DNA from: Candidatus Aminicenantes bacterium
GTDB taxonomy: Bacteria > Acidobacteriota > Aminicenantia > UBA2199
DNA length: 64,000 nucleotides
NCBI GenBank assembly: GCA_963764745.1
Contig: CAVXTN010000012.1
Span: 458,416-522,415 of the forward strand
Reading direction: 5' to 3'
Under the pieces are notes generated by a model. That model made no database searches, was not told the DNA's origin, and worked only from the letters and a program-made list of their open reading frames with translations. Position numbers and translations under genes: made by a program. Below, one piece after another: positions 1 through 9,763 of the stretch; positions within the stretch are counted from its first letter, which is position 1, and each line of letters opens with the position of its first letter.

Positions 1-788
1 ACAAGAACCGGGCCGTGTTCTTCACGAACTGGGCCGACCTGGAAAGCGAGCTGGAGAAATTCCTGGCCGCGAACAGGGAGGTGCGCATCGGCACGGGCGA
101 ACTGAGCGATTCCCTGGCCTACGAAGGCATTCACCCCGGCGCCGCCCGCCTGATCAAGCTTTTCCGTCGTTTCCCCGAGGCGGTTTTCGAGTTCAAGACC
201 AAGTCGGTCGCCATCCGGGCCTTGCTGGATGTCAAGGAGGTTCCCGCCAATATCGTGGTCTCCTGGTCGTTGAACCCCTCCCCCATCGCCCGCGGCGAAG
301 AACGCCTGGCCCCCTCGCTGCCCCGACGCCTGCGCGCCCTGGCGGCGGTCCAGGACAAAGGCTATGCCGTGGGCATTCATTTCGATCCCCTGATCCTGTT
401 CCCGGGCTGGGAAAAACACTACCGCGAGCTTGTCCGCGCCATCTCCCGGTTCATCCGCCCGGAGCGGATCGCCTGGTGGAGCCTGGGCGCGCTGCGCTTT
501 CCTGCGGAATTGAAGAGCCATATCTTTCGCCACCGTGATTCGCAGCTTTTCTGGGGCGAGCTGGTCGAGGGCCAGGACAAAAAATACCGTTATTTCACGC
601 CGCTGCGCCTGGAATTGTTCGCCCTGGTCAGGGACGAGATCCGTGCCGCCGTATCCCGGCATCTCCCCCTTTATTTGTGCATGGAGGACGCACCGACCTG
701 GAAAGAGGTCCTCCCGGAGCAGCCTGCCGACGAAAAAACGATCAACCGCATCCTTTACGGGTCGGCCATGGAGAAAAAGAGGAAGTAG
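1..788 (+). CDS. spore photoproduct lyase family radical-SAM protein, C-terminal part (5' end outside window)
   Basis: Frame of ORF 15..788 is open to the window edge. It is colinear with the C-terminal two thirds of B. subtilis SplB (FEFKTKS..LLD; VSWSLNP; KGYAVGIHFDP..GWE..Y; LGALRFP). The radical-SAM Cys motif would lie upstream of the window. Confidence 0.7.
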   Translation, partial: KNRAVFFTNWADLESELEKFLAANREVRIGTGELSDSLAYEGIHPGAARLIKLFRRFPEAVFEFKTKSVAIRALLDVKEVPANIVVSWSLNPSPIARGEERLAPSLPRRLRALAAVQDKGYAVGIHFDPLILFPGWEKHYRELVRAISRFIRPERIAWWSLGALRFPAELKSHIFRHRDSQLFWGELVEGQDKKYRYFTPLRLELFALVRDEIRAAVSRHLPLYLCMEDAPTWKEVLPEQPADEKTINRILYGSAMEKKRK

Positions 789-789
789 C

Positions 790-1677
790 ATGAGGATCGG
801 CTACCCCTGCCTCAACCGCTCCAGCGGCTGCACCAGCAGCCACACCTTCCGCCTGGCCTCATATTCCGCCGAGCGCCTCGCCGAGACCGTGGGCTGGAAC
901 CTGGACTGCCTTGAGCGCATCCTGGAGTTCAACCGTGACCATGGACTGCTGTTCTTCCGCGTCACCTCAGACCTGGTCCCCTTCGCCTCGCACCCGGTCT
1001 GCGTCTTCCCCTGGCCGGAAAAATTCGCCCGGCGCTTCGCTGCCCTGGGCCGGCTCATCCGCGAAAGCGGCATGCGCATTTCCATGCACCCCGACCAGTT
1101 CACCCTGATCAATTCCCCCGACCCGGAAATTTTCAGCCGCAGCGCCGCCGAGCTGGCCTACCATGCCCGGGTCATTGACCTGCTCGGGCTGGACCTGACC
1201 GCCAGGATCCAGATCCACTGCGGCGGCGTCTACGGCGACAGGGAGGCGAGCCTCGACCGCTTCTGCGCCCGTTTCGAGAAGCTGCCCGCAGCGGTCCGCC
1301 GTCGCCTGGCGGTGGAGAACGACGACCGACTGTACCGCGTCGCCGACTGCCTGCGGATCAGCCGGCGCACGGGCGTCCCCGTGCTTTTCGATTCCTTTCA
1401 CCACCAGTTGAACAACAATGGCGAAGATCTTGTCACGGCGCTGGGCATGGCGGCGCCCACCTGGATGAAAGGCGACGGTCCGCCCATGGTCGATTACAGC
1501 TCCCAGAGAAAGGGAGAACGCCGCGGCAGCCACGCGGAGAGCATCGACCTGAAACACTTCGCCAGGTTCATCGCCGCCACTGCCGCCTTTGACTTCGACG
1601 TCATGCTGGAGATCAAGGACAAGGAGAAGAGCGCCTTGCGCGCCCGCCGCTTTCTGGATAAAATAAATCGATTGTAA
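790..1677 (+). CDS. uvsE: UV damage endonuclease UvsE/UVDE
   Basis: Internal ATG at 790 in ORF 535..1677, preceded by GAGGAAG. Colinear with B. subtilis UvsE (MHPDQFTLINSP, IHCGGVYGD, KLP...LAVENDD, FDSFHH, MLEIKDKEKSAL). Confidence 0.9.
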   Translation: MRIGYPCLNRSSGCTSSHTFRLASYSAERLAETVGWNLDCLERILEFNRDHGLLFFRVTSDLVPFASHPVCVFPWPEKFARRFAALGRLIRESGMRISMHPDQFTLINSPDPEIFSRSAAELAYHARVIDLLGLDLTARIQIHCGGVYGDREASLDRFCARFEKLPAAVRRRLAVENDDRLYRVADCLRISRRTGVPVLFDSFHHQLNNNGEDLVTALGMAAPTWMKGDGPPMVDYSSQRKGERRGSHAESIDLKHFARFIAATAAFDFDVMLEIKDKEKSALRARRFLDKINRL

Positions 1678-1715
1678 AGGAGATTTCGGCCCGTGCAACA
1701 GGCCGGGAGGCAAGG

Positions 1716-2492
1716 ATGGGCAAAGTGTTCGCGACGGCGGCGGTCATCGTCCTGGCGTACATGACCCTGGTCTTCATGGTGGCCCTGGCCAAAAAGAACA
1801 ACGGCGTGGTGGACATCGCCTGGGGCCCGGGCTTCATCCTGGTCACGGTCGCGATTTTCGCTCTTTACGGGAGCGGCCAGGCCCGGCAATGGCTGGCACT
1901 GGCGCTGGTCCTGACCTGGGGCGGCCGCCTGGCCCTGCATATTTTCCGGCGCAACCGCGGCCGGGAAGAGGATTTCCGCTACGCCGCCTGGCGCCGCCAG
2001 TGGGGCAGGTATTTCGTCATTCGCAGTTTCGGACAGATATTCATGCTGCAGGGGCTGCTCCTGCTCCTGGTCGTCACCCCGGTGCTGCTGATCGTGGGCC
2101 AGGCGCAACCGCAGTTGAATCTTCTGGACGGCCTGGGCCTGCTGGCCTGGCTGACCGGCTTTTTGTTCGAGACCGTCGGCGACCGCCAGCTGGCCGCGTT
2201 CATCCGAGATCCGGCCAACCGCGGCAAGCTCATGACCGGCGGCTTGTGGAGTTATACCCGCCATCCCAACTACTTCGGCGAGGCCGCCATGTGGTGGGGC
2301 ATGGCCATAATCGCGCTTTCGGCTCCGCGCGGCTGGCTGGGGCTGGCCGGCCCGCTGGTCATCACCAACCTCCTGCTTTTCGTATCCGGCGTGCCCTTGC
2401 TGGAAAAGAAGTATGCAGGCCGCCCCGACTGGGAGGAGTACAAAAAAAGAACGCCGGTCTTCTTTCCCTGGTTCCCGAAGAAATCTGATTAG
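1716..2492 (+). CDS. DUF1295 family membrane protein (steroid 5-alpha-reductase-like)
   Basis: 258-aa multi-TM ORF with GGAGG upstream. Has the C-terminal family signature GLWSYTRHPNYFGE..WWG. Confidence 0.7.
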   Translation: MGKVFATAAVIVLAYMTLVFMVALAKKNNGVVDIAWGPGFILVTVAIFALYGSGQARQWLALALVLTWGGRLALHIFRRNRGREEDFRYAAWRRQWGRYFVIRSFGQIFMLQGLLLLLVVTPVLLIVGQAQPQLNLLDGLGLLAWLTGFLFETVGDRQLAAFIRDPANRGKLMTGGLWSYTRHPNYFGEAAMWWGMAIIALSAPRGWLGLAGPLVITNLLLFVSGVPLLEKKYAGRPDWEEYKKRTPVFFPWFPKKSD

Positions 2493-2535
2493 CGATTTGA
2501 TTTAGCCATCTATAGTTTCACAGCGATAGTCAATT

Positions 2536-3285
2536 TTATTTCAAATTCCTTTCGTAATCTTTCCACCAAACGATCCAATCCTCATCGGTATCTCCAAGAT
2601 TTTCCCTAGTCAGCTTGCGCAAAGCCATAAGGCAATGCTCACGAGTACAGATCATACTGCCATCTTCTTCAATCGGATTTCGCTTTAATACAGCGATTAG
2701 GGCCGGCACACAGCTGACATCGCCGGTCTCGGCAAGCTCAGAAGGCCAATCGTGATCATTCCCATCCCCTGCAAGGAGTAATTTTTTGTACTCCTCGATT
2801 CTCTGACGATCGCAACGCCGAAGAGAATATGAAACATTCAGCAGGTCTGACACGGGCCGAGTATTCAGAGATAAAAACCGCAAGGTAGCCTTTTGGATCT
2901 CCGGATCGGTCGGATGATCAGTGGCCAAGCACTGAACTCTCTCCATGGCTTCGAAATATTCCTGATACAACGAAACGCATTTTTCCTTGAAATCAATTGG
3001 CGCACCGAAATTTAGATTCGGGTCTACTTCAAGTGCGGGGTATTTCTTCAATATGGCTTTGAGCTCTCTCAGCGAGCGCTCCAGGTTGTCACTCAGCCGC
3101 TCTATTGCCGGCAACAGTGAGATCATTTCTGGGTCTGTTTTCATGAACTTATTGAAAGACTTAATGGAAACAGCCATGCCCGCAATACAAGTGGAAGCCT
3201 TATCATACCCATCGCAGGGAGCCGAAAATGGAAAGATTCCAACCATCAGAACGATTAGCCAGAAATGGCAACAAAATCGTTTCAT
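2536..3285 (-). CDS. hypothetical secreted/lipoprotein-like protein with HEAT-like C-terminal repeats
   Basis: 249-aa ORF with an N-terminal hydrophobic signal-like segment (WLIVLMVGIFPFSAPC). The C-terminus resembles HEAT/PBS-lyase repeats (VPALIAVLKRNP..ALRKLT). Markedly lower GC than both neighbours. Confidence 0.45.
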   Translation of the reverse strand: MKRFCCHFWLIVLMVGIFPFSAPCDGYDKASTCIAGMAVSIKSFNKFMKTDPEMISLLPAIERLSDNLERSLRELKAILKKYPALEVDPNLNFGAPIDFKEKCVSLYQEYFEAMERVQCLATDHPTDPEIQKATLRFLSLNTRPVSDLLNVSYSLRRCDRQRIEEYKKLLLAGDGNDHDWPSELAETGDVSCVPALIAVLKRNPIEEDGSMICTREHCLMALRKLTRENLGDTDEDWIVWWKDYERNLK

Positions 3286-3400
3286 TAATCCCCCTGATGT
3301 TTAAAATGCATGATTTAGTATAGAATGCTTTTTGATTCCATTCAAGGAAACTTTTTGGAAGAGCGTACAGCCTGCATCCCATCTGATAATAGGAGAGAGA

Positions 3401-3975
3401 ATGGAAAGAGAGAAAGGACTCATCCCGCCCCACGGCGGCTACCGCAAACTGCGCAGTTTCCAAAGCGCCCAGTTGGCATATGACCTGACGGTTGTTTTTT
3501 GCGACCGCTTCATCGACAAGCGCTCGCGCACCCACGACCAGATGGTGCAGGCGGCGCGCAGCGGCGTGCAGAACATCGCCGAGGGAAGCATGGCTTCGGC
3601 CACATCGAAGAAGACAGAGCTCAAGCTGACGGGCGTGGCCCGGGCCAGCCTGGAGGAACTCCTGCTGGACTACGAGGACTTCCTGCGCCAGCGCGGCTTG
3701 CGCCTTTGGGACAAGAACTCCCCGGAAGCACTGGAAGCAAGAAAAGCTCTTGTCAGACGAGTCCGACAGGTCCGACCGGTCCGACAAGAAAGGAGCTTCC
3801 ATTCTAAAAAACTCTGATGCCGAAACCGCCGCCAATATAATGATCTGCCTGGTCAACCAGGCGAGTTATCTGCTGCACAGGCAATTGCAGACCCTGGAGC
3901 GGAAATTCCTTGAGGAAGGCGGATTCACGGAGCGGCTTGTACAACCAGCGCCGGGCCCGTCGCGATAAATCGTAA
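3401..3975 (+). CDS. four-helix-bundle protein with four-helix-bundle suffix domain (23S rRNA IVS / Avd-like family), frameshifted as assembled
   Basis: ATG 3401 follows AGGAGAGAGA. Family-typical motifs are HGGYRKLRSFQ, DQMVQAARSGVQNIAEGS, TSKKTELKL and, after the linker, AANIMICLVNQASYLL...FLEEGGFTERL. The frame switches at ~3745-3755 inside the tccgac repeat and again at ~3937. With the extra g removed the end reads ..RLYNQRRARRDKS*, with stop at 3973-3975. Confidence 0.7.
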
Positions 3976-3983
3976 AAGCGACT

Positions 3984-4934
3984 TCAGGCGTGGTTGCGCA
4001 GCTTCAGTTCCAGCGGGTGCGGATCGAGATAATACTGGTCACTCAGGTAAGGCTCATGGAACTTGTCGATGTAATGCTTCAGCAGCGTCAGCGGCACGAT
4101 CAGCGGCACCAGGTTCTGACGGTAGTTCTCGACGGCCGCCAGCAGTTCCTTTTTTTCAAAGTCGTCGAGCTGCTTTTTGAAATATCCGAGCATGTGCTGC
4201 AGCACGTTGACGTTCTTGCGCACCGTGGCCTTCTGCTTGAGGGCCGTCAGCAGGAGTTCCTCGTATTCGGCGAAGACGCCCGCGGCCGGGCGGGACCCGG
4301 CGGCGGCCACCAGCTTGCCGAGCCGGCGGGCCATTTCCGGGCTGTGGGCCATGAGCAGCAGCTTGTGCCGGCGTTGGAAGTCGACCAGCCGCCCGGCCGT
4401 CGGCCCCGCGGCGAGAAGTTCCCGCCAGCGCCGGTAGGCGAAGATGCGCACGATAAAGTTCTCGCGCAGCTGGATATCCTGCAGGCGGCCTTCCTCTTCC
4501 ACCGGCAACAGCGGCAGGCGCTCCATCAGGGCCCGGGCGAAGATGCCCACGCCGTTCTTTTCGGCCATGCCTTTCTCGTTGTAGACCTTGACCCGCTCCA
4601 TGCCGCTGGAAGGCGACCGGCTTTTGAAAATAAAGCCGCACAATTCCTCTTTTTCCAGCTGCGGCAGCTTCTTCTCCAGCCAACGCTCCATCTGCGGGGT
4701 GGCGTCGACCCCGCTTTGGCGGGTGACCAGCCGCGGCGCCGCGGCGTCGCCGACCAGGCGGAAGGCTTCGCGGGGAACGGGGAATCCCGCTTCCACCTCC
4801 GGGCAGACCGGGATATAGTCCACGAACTGGCCCAGGGTATTGGCCAGGAACGGGTCGAGCTTGTGGCCGCCGTCATAGCGCACCTTGTTGCCCAGCAGGC
4901 AGGAGCTGATGCCCAGCTTGATCTTTTCTTCCAT
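3984..4934 (-). CDS. ybgA: YbgA family protein (DUF523/TudS-like domain fused to DUF1722)
   Basis: 316-aa intact ORF. N-terminal motif is GISSCLLG..VRYDGGHK...PVCPE. The C-terminal helical half is DUF1722-like (LLMAHSP..YEELL..NVLQHMLGYFKK). Confidence 0.8.
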   Translation of the reverse strand: MEEKIKLGISSCLLGNKVRYDGGHKLDPFLANTLGQFVDYIPVCPEVEAGFPVPREAFRLVGDAAAPRLVTRQSGVDATPQMERWLEKKLPQLEKEELCGFIFKSRSPSSGMERVKVYNEKGMAEKNGVGIFARALMERLPLLPVEEEGRLQDIQLRENFIVRIFAYRRWRELLAAGPTAGRLVDFQRRHKLLLMAHSPEMARRLGKLVAAAGSRPAAGVFAEYEELLLTALKQKATVRKNVNVLQHMLGYFKKQLDDFEKKELLAAVENYRQNLVPLIVPLTLLKHYIDKFHEPYLSDQYYLDPHPLELKLRNHA

Positions 4935-4948
4935 ATCCTACCCCCCTT

Positions 4949-6736
4949 TCATCCGCCCGCTTCAGGATCGGGCAAAGCGAAAAGGCAGAACGTGCCCGGG
5001 CCGGCGTGAGCGCCCAGCACGGCCGCGCCGGCAACCTGGTAAATGCTGGAAATCTTTAATTGCGATTTGGCCAGCTCGTCCTCCAGCTGCAGGGCCGCCT
5101 GCAGGTTGTCGGTATACACCACGCCGATGGAATAAGACCTGCCCGGGTCGAGTTTTTTCAGCAGGCGCCGCACAACCTTCTTTTCCTTGTTCCGGGCGTC
5201 GAGCAGCATCCCTTTTTTCACCAGCACCCCCCGCTCAAAGGCGACGAGCGGCCGGATGCCAAGCCAGCGGGTGAGGGCGCCGGCCAGGGGCGGCAGGCGG
5301 CCGCCGCGAACCGCGTACTCCAGGGATTCGATATACCCCAGCGAGATCACTTCGTCCCTGACGCGTTCGCTTTCAGCCGCGATCGCTTCCAGGTCCCAGC
5401 CCTGGCGCAAGCGCTGCAAGGCCCGCAAAAGGAGCAGGCCGCTGCCGGCGGAAACGTTGCGCGTGTCCACGATGCGGACCCGGGCCTGATCGGCGTCGGG
5501 CAGGAGTTTCAGCGCCGCCAGGGCGCTTTGGTGGGAACCGCTGAGCCGGGAGGACATGCTGAAGAGAAGCGCCCGCTCCCGGCCGCCAAGGGCCGTTTCG
5601 AAAGCGATCTTGAAATCGAACGGCGCCGGCTGCGACGTCTTGACCACCAGGTCTTTTTCCGTGCGCATGCGCCGGTACAGTTCCTCTTTGCCGATGTCGA
5701 CGCGGTCATAATAAAAACGCTGGCCGATGAGGATCTGCAGGGGGACAAGGGCGATCCGCCATTCTTTCTCGGTCGCGGCCGGGATATCGACGGCCGAGTC
5801 CATGAGCAGGGCGACCGCGACTTCCGGCCCGGGGTCTGCCGGCCGGCGCAGGGAATCGATTTTGCTGGAAAGGATCTCGCCGTAGCGGCCGATCCTGGCT
5901 TCAACGCCGTCCGGATCGTCGGTATGAATGTGGAGATGAAGCAGGTCGGCATCGCCGGCAATGAGCAGCGAATCGCCGTGTTTTTTCAGCAGCTCCTTGA
6001 GAAAATCCTTGCTGTGGCCGCGCGGCCGGAACACCCATTCGGCGCAGTAGGCCAGCTCAGGCGTTTCCCTGGCCAGCGGTTCCTGGTCGAAAGCGGCATT
6101 GCCGTCCTCGCCCGTTTCAGCGCCACGGCCCAGGACGGCGGCGGCCATGCCTTTGAAGAACAGGTAGAATCCCATGCCGCCGGCATCCACCACCCTGGCT
6201 TTTTTCATCTGCGGCAGCATTTCCCGCGTTTTTTCCAGGATCTCCTTGGCCTTGAGGATCACTTTTTCGAAGATCACCTGGTATCTTTCCCCGTCCAGGG
6301 CCAGGCGCTTGAATTCTTCGGCGCTGTGGCGCAGCACGGTGAGGATCGTTCCCTCCCTGGGCGCGGCGATCGCGGCATAGGTCTCCTGCACGGCCTTTTC
6401 CATGGCCAGGCTGAAGTCGGCCGGGCCGATGGTCGCATGGCCCTTCATGGCCTTGGCGAAGCTGAAAAAGAACTGGGAGAAGATCACCCCGGAATTGCCC
6501 TTGGCCGACATCAGCATCCCAGCCGCCAAGCGGGCGGCCAGGTCGTCCAGGCGCGCTTCGTCGATGGCGTCGATCTGCTCGAAGACCGGCTTCAGGGTAT
6601 GAACCAGGTTGTCGCCGGTGTCGCCGTCGGCCACCGGAAAGACGTTGATGCGGTTGAGAAGCTCGCGCTCCTGGAAAAGGTGCTCCATGCCGCGCTTGCA
6701 GATGTCCTTGAACTGCGCGGCATCGATCTCGTTCAT
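4949..6736 (-). CDS. DAK2 (DhaL/FakA-like) domain fused to DegV (FakB-like) fatty-acid-binding domain
   Basis: 595-aa intact ORF. N-terminal DAK2 motifs are DGDTGDN and KGNSGVIFSQ. The middle region is YloV-like (YCAEW...GDSLLIAGD..LHLHIHTDDP). The C-terminal ~290 aa are DegV-like (LLMDSAVDIP...PLQILIG...DR, SGSHQSA). Confidence 0.75.
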   Translation of the reverse strand: MNEIDAAQFKDICKRGMEHLFQERELLNRINVFPVADGDTGDNLVHTLKPVFEQIDAIDEARLDDLAARLAAGMLMSAKGNSGVIFSQFFFSFAKAMKGHATIGPADFSLAMEKAVQETYAAIAAPREGTILTVLRHSAEEFKRLALDGERYQVIFEKVILKAKEILEKTREMLPQMKKARVVDAGGMGFYLFFKGMAAAVLGRGAETGEDGNAAFDQEPLARETPELAYCAEWVFRPRGHSKDFLKELLKKHGDSLLIAGDADLLHLHIHTDDPDGVEARIGRYGEILSSKIDSLRRPADPGPEVAVALLMDSAVDIPAATEKEWRIALVPLQILIGQRFYYDRVDIGKEELYRRMRTEKDLVVKTSQPAPFDFKIAFETALGGRERALLFSMSSRLSGSHQSALAALKLLPDADQARVRIVDTRNVSAGSGLLLLRALQRLRQGWDLEAIAAESERVRDEVISLGYIESLEYAVRGGRLPPLAGALTRWLGIRPLVAFERGVLVKKGMLLDARNKEKKVVRRLLKKLDPGRSYSIGVVYTDNLQAALQLEDELAKSQLKISSIYQVAGAAVLGAHAGPGTFCLFALPDPEAGG

Positions 6737-9424
6737 GGCCGGCCCTGGATCTCCTCCATGTCGGCCCAGTTCGTTCCTTTTTTCAGGCTGATCTTCAGCG
6801 GTACCGTCAGCTTCAGGGCGTTTTCCATTTCCGCCGTCACCACGGCGATCAGCTTTTTTTCTTCGCCGGCGGGATATTCGAAGACCAGCTCGTCGTGCAC
6901 CTGCAGGATCAATCGGCTCTGCAGGGGGCGCAAATGCTCGTGGATGCGGATCATGGCGATCTTGATGATGTCGGCGGCGCTGCCCTGGATGATCGTGTTG
7001 ATGGCCATGCGGTTGCCGTTCTCCTTGACCGTGCGGTTGGAGCTCAGGATTTCGGGAATGGGGCGGACGCGGCCGGAGATGGTCCGCACTTCGGGGTCCT
7101 TTTCGGCGTCGGCGATCACCTTGTCCATGAAGCGCCTGACGCCGCTGTATTTTTCAAAATAGCGGTCGATGAATTTTTTGGCCTCGGCAAAGCTCACGCC
7201 GAGTTCCTTGGCCAGGGAATATGCGCCGCTGCCGTAAATGATCGAGAAATTGATGATCTTGGCGCGCCGGCGCAATTCGTTGCGCGGCGAAAAAAGATCG
7301 GCGCCGAAGACCAGGTCGGCGGTGTGCTGGTGGATGTCCATGTCTGCGGCGAACGCCTGATGCAGGTTTTCGTCCCCGGAAAAATGGGCCATGACGCGCA
7401 GCTCGATCTGCGAATAGTCGGCCGACAGCAGCAGCCGGTCGGGGGCGGCGACAAAAGCGCGCCTCAGGTTGAGCCCCGCGATCTCGCCCACCGGGATATT
7501 CTGCAGGTTGGGGTTGGAGGAAGAGAGCCGGCCGGTGGCCGTGACCGTCTGGTTGAAAGAGGTGTGGACGCGGTCAAGGGCGGAGGAATTTTCCAGCAGC
7601 CCCTGGACGTAGGTGGAATACAATTTTTTATAGGTGCGGTAGGCGATGATCTTCTCCACGACGGGAAAGCCCTTCAACTCGTTGAGCACGTCGATATCGG
7701 TGGACTGGGCCTTGGTCTTGCGGGTCTTCTTGCTCAGCGGCAGGTTCATTTTCTCGAAGAGCAGCTCGGCCAGCTGCTGGGAGGAATTCAGATTGAATTC
7801 ATAGCCGGCCAGTTCCTGGACCTCTTTTTCGCATGCCGGCGATCTGTTCCTGAAGGCGCACGGCCGCCTTTTTCAGGAAAGCGCGGTCAATGCCGATGCC
7901 GTGCCATTCCATCTCCAGCAGCACCTCGACCAGCGGCATTTCGATCTCGCGGTACAGGCCCAGCAGTTTTTTGTCGCGCAGCAGCGGCAGCAGTTTTTCG
8001 ACCAGCTGCCAGGAACAGCGGGAATCGGCCACGCAATAGCTCCCGACCTGCTCGACGTCCACGGCGGCGATCTCGACCCGGTTCTTGCCCTTGCCAACCA
8101 GGTCTTCATAGGTGGCCTGCCGCACCTGCAGGCATTCGGCGCTCAATTCCTTCAGCTGGTGGGCGCGGCGGTTGGGGAAGAGAAGATAGGACATGATCAT
8201 GGTGTCGTGTTCGACGCCCGCGACCGGCATGCCCTCGCGACGCAGGTGCAGCATGTCGAACTTCAGGTTGTGCCCGGTTTTCTTGATCCGCGCGTCGCAA
8301 AAGATCTCCGCCATTTCGCTTTTGAATTCGGCCAGCGTCAAAAGGCAGCGTCCGGCGGCCGCCGCGGGGAACAAAAAGGGGACGTAATAGCCGCGGCCGG
8401 CGACAAAAAAAGAGATGCCGACCAGCCCGGCCTTGAAAAATTCGATCGCCGTGGTCTCGACGTCCCAGGCGAAGCTTCCGGCCGTCCGCATCTCTTTGGC
8501 GAGCGCCCGCAACTGGTCCCGGTTTTCGACCAGCGTGAAAGACAGGGCTGCGCCGGCCGCCTCGGCAGGGGCGGGGACGTCTATTTTTTTCAGCAGGCTG
8601 CTGAACTGCAGCCGGCGGTACAGGTCGGCCAGGCACGCGTCGGCGCGCGGCACAAAAAGCGGCACCCGCAGGTCCAGGTCCACGGCCGGGATCCGGGAAA
8701 AATCGAGCAACTGGTGCCACAATTCGAACAGGTGGCTGTTGGCCCTGATCTTTTCCTGGAACTTGCCCTCCACCTGGTCGAGGTCCTTGCGTATGGCCGC
8801 CAGGCTGCCGAATTTTTCGATCAGCTTGGTCGCGGTCTTGTCGCCGATGCCCGGGATGCCGGGGATATTGTCCGAGGCGTCGCCGGCCAGGGCCAGGTAG
8901 TCGGCGATCTGTTCCGGGTACACCCCGAAGAATTCCTTGACGGCTGCGCGGTCCAGCTTGCGCTTCAGCTTGGGATGAAAGATGAATACCCGTTCACCCA
9001 CCAGCTGGAAAAGGTCCTTGTCGGCGCTGAAGATCAGCACCTCGCTGCCCGCGGCGGCGAAACGCCGCGACAGCAGGGCGATGATGTCGTCGGCTTCCAG
9101 CCCGGGCTTTTCCAGGAAATGGATGCCGCGGCAGGTCAGGTATTCGCGGATGGCGGGCAGCTGCTGGATCAGCTCCTCGGGCGGCAGCTGGCGCTTGGCC
9201 TTGTACTCGGGATAAAGGTCGCGGCGGAAATTCTTCTCCTTGGAATCGAAAGCCACCACCAGGCGGTCCGGCCGCAGTTCCTGGACCAGGCTTTCCACCC
9301 GGCTGACAAATCCGAAAACGGCCCCGGTGGGTTCGCCTTTGATGGTGCGCATGGCATGGTGCGAGTAAAAGGAGCTGAACACCAGGTACATGCCGTCGAT
9401 GAGGAGTATGCTTTCAGGCATCAA
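6733..9424 (-). CDS. polA: DNA polymerase I, frameshifted as assembled
   Basis: ORF 7799..9424 holds the 5'-nuclease and 3'-5' exo-like regions (LLIDG..YRA, GDASDNIPGIPGIGDKTA). ORF 6733..7749 holds the polymerase domain (SADYSQIELRV, QVHDELV). One frame break at ~7830-7835, between ..QEQIAG and EKEVQELAGYEFNLNSSQQLAELLFEK. Confidence 0.9.
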
Positions 9425-9757
9425 TCAGGGAGTTTCTTTGCTCAAGTATTCCAGCACCATCTCGTCGAGCGTCTGGTCCTCGATGTCCTGGGTGTCCATG
9501 GACATCAGATGCGAGAACCGGCCCTCCTTCAACTCGCCGATGACCTGGTCGTGCTGGCTTTTCATCAGGTTTTTGACTTTCTTGGCTTTTTCAGCCGCTT
9601 CCAGAAGGTGGGCGTACGAGATACGGCGGGAGAGCAGGATCTCGCCATGCAGGTATACCAGGGTTTCGATCAGGGGATTGCCCTGGCCCTTGTCCTCGGT
9701 CTGGATGTGAAATACCTCTTGGCGATACTTGATATCGGTATTGTAGCCCACGATCAT
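9425..9757 (-). CDS. hypothetical protein (110 aa)
   Basis: Intact ORF whose stop abuts the polA ATG (9424). No family recognised (FHIQTEDKGQGNPLIETLVYLHGE). Candidate promoter directly upstream. Confidence 0.5.
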   Translation of the reverse strand: MIVGYNTDIKYRQEVFHIQTEDKGQGNPLIETLVYLHGEILLSRRISYAHLLEAAEKAKKVKNLMKSQHDQVIGELKEGRFSHLMSMDTQDIEDQTLDEMVLEYLSKETP

Positions 9758-9763
9758 GGCACC

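Noticed and set aside
3401-3975. Avd-like four-helix-bundle gene as a marker of a diversity-generating retroelement.
   Set aside because: No reverse transcriptase and no template/variable repeat pair could be found nearby. The protein has the 'suffix domain' architecture typical of the non-DGR members of the family.
5060-7162. Very long antisense ORFs with Arg/Gly/Ala/Pro-rich translations. Examples: 5060..7162 (700 aa), 7901..9895 (664 aa), 10729..12360 (543 aa), 28158..30362 (734 aa), 54379..55575 (398 aa), 61288..63234 (648 aa).
   Set aside because: Each lies opposite a gene with clear family-level similarity. Their composition is what stop-poor antisense frames of ~70% GC DNA produce. 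No motifs were recognised, and none has a plausible start context.
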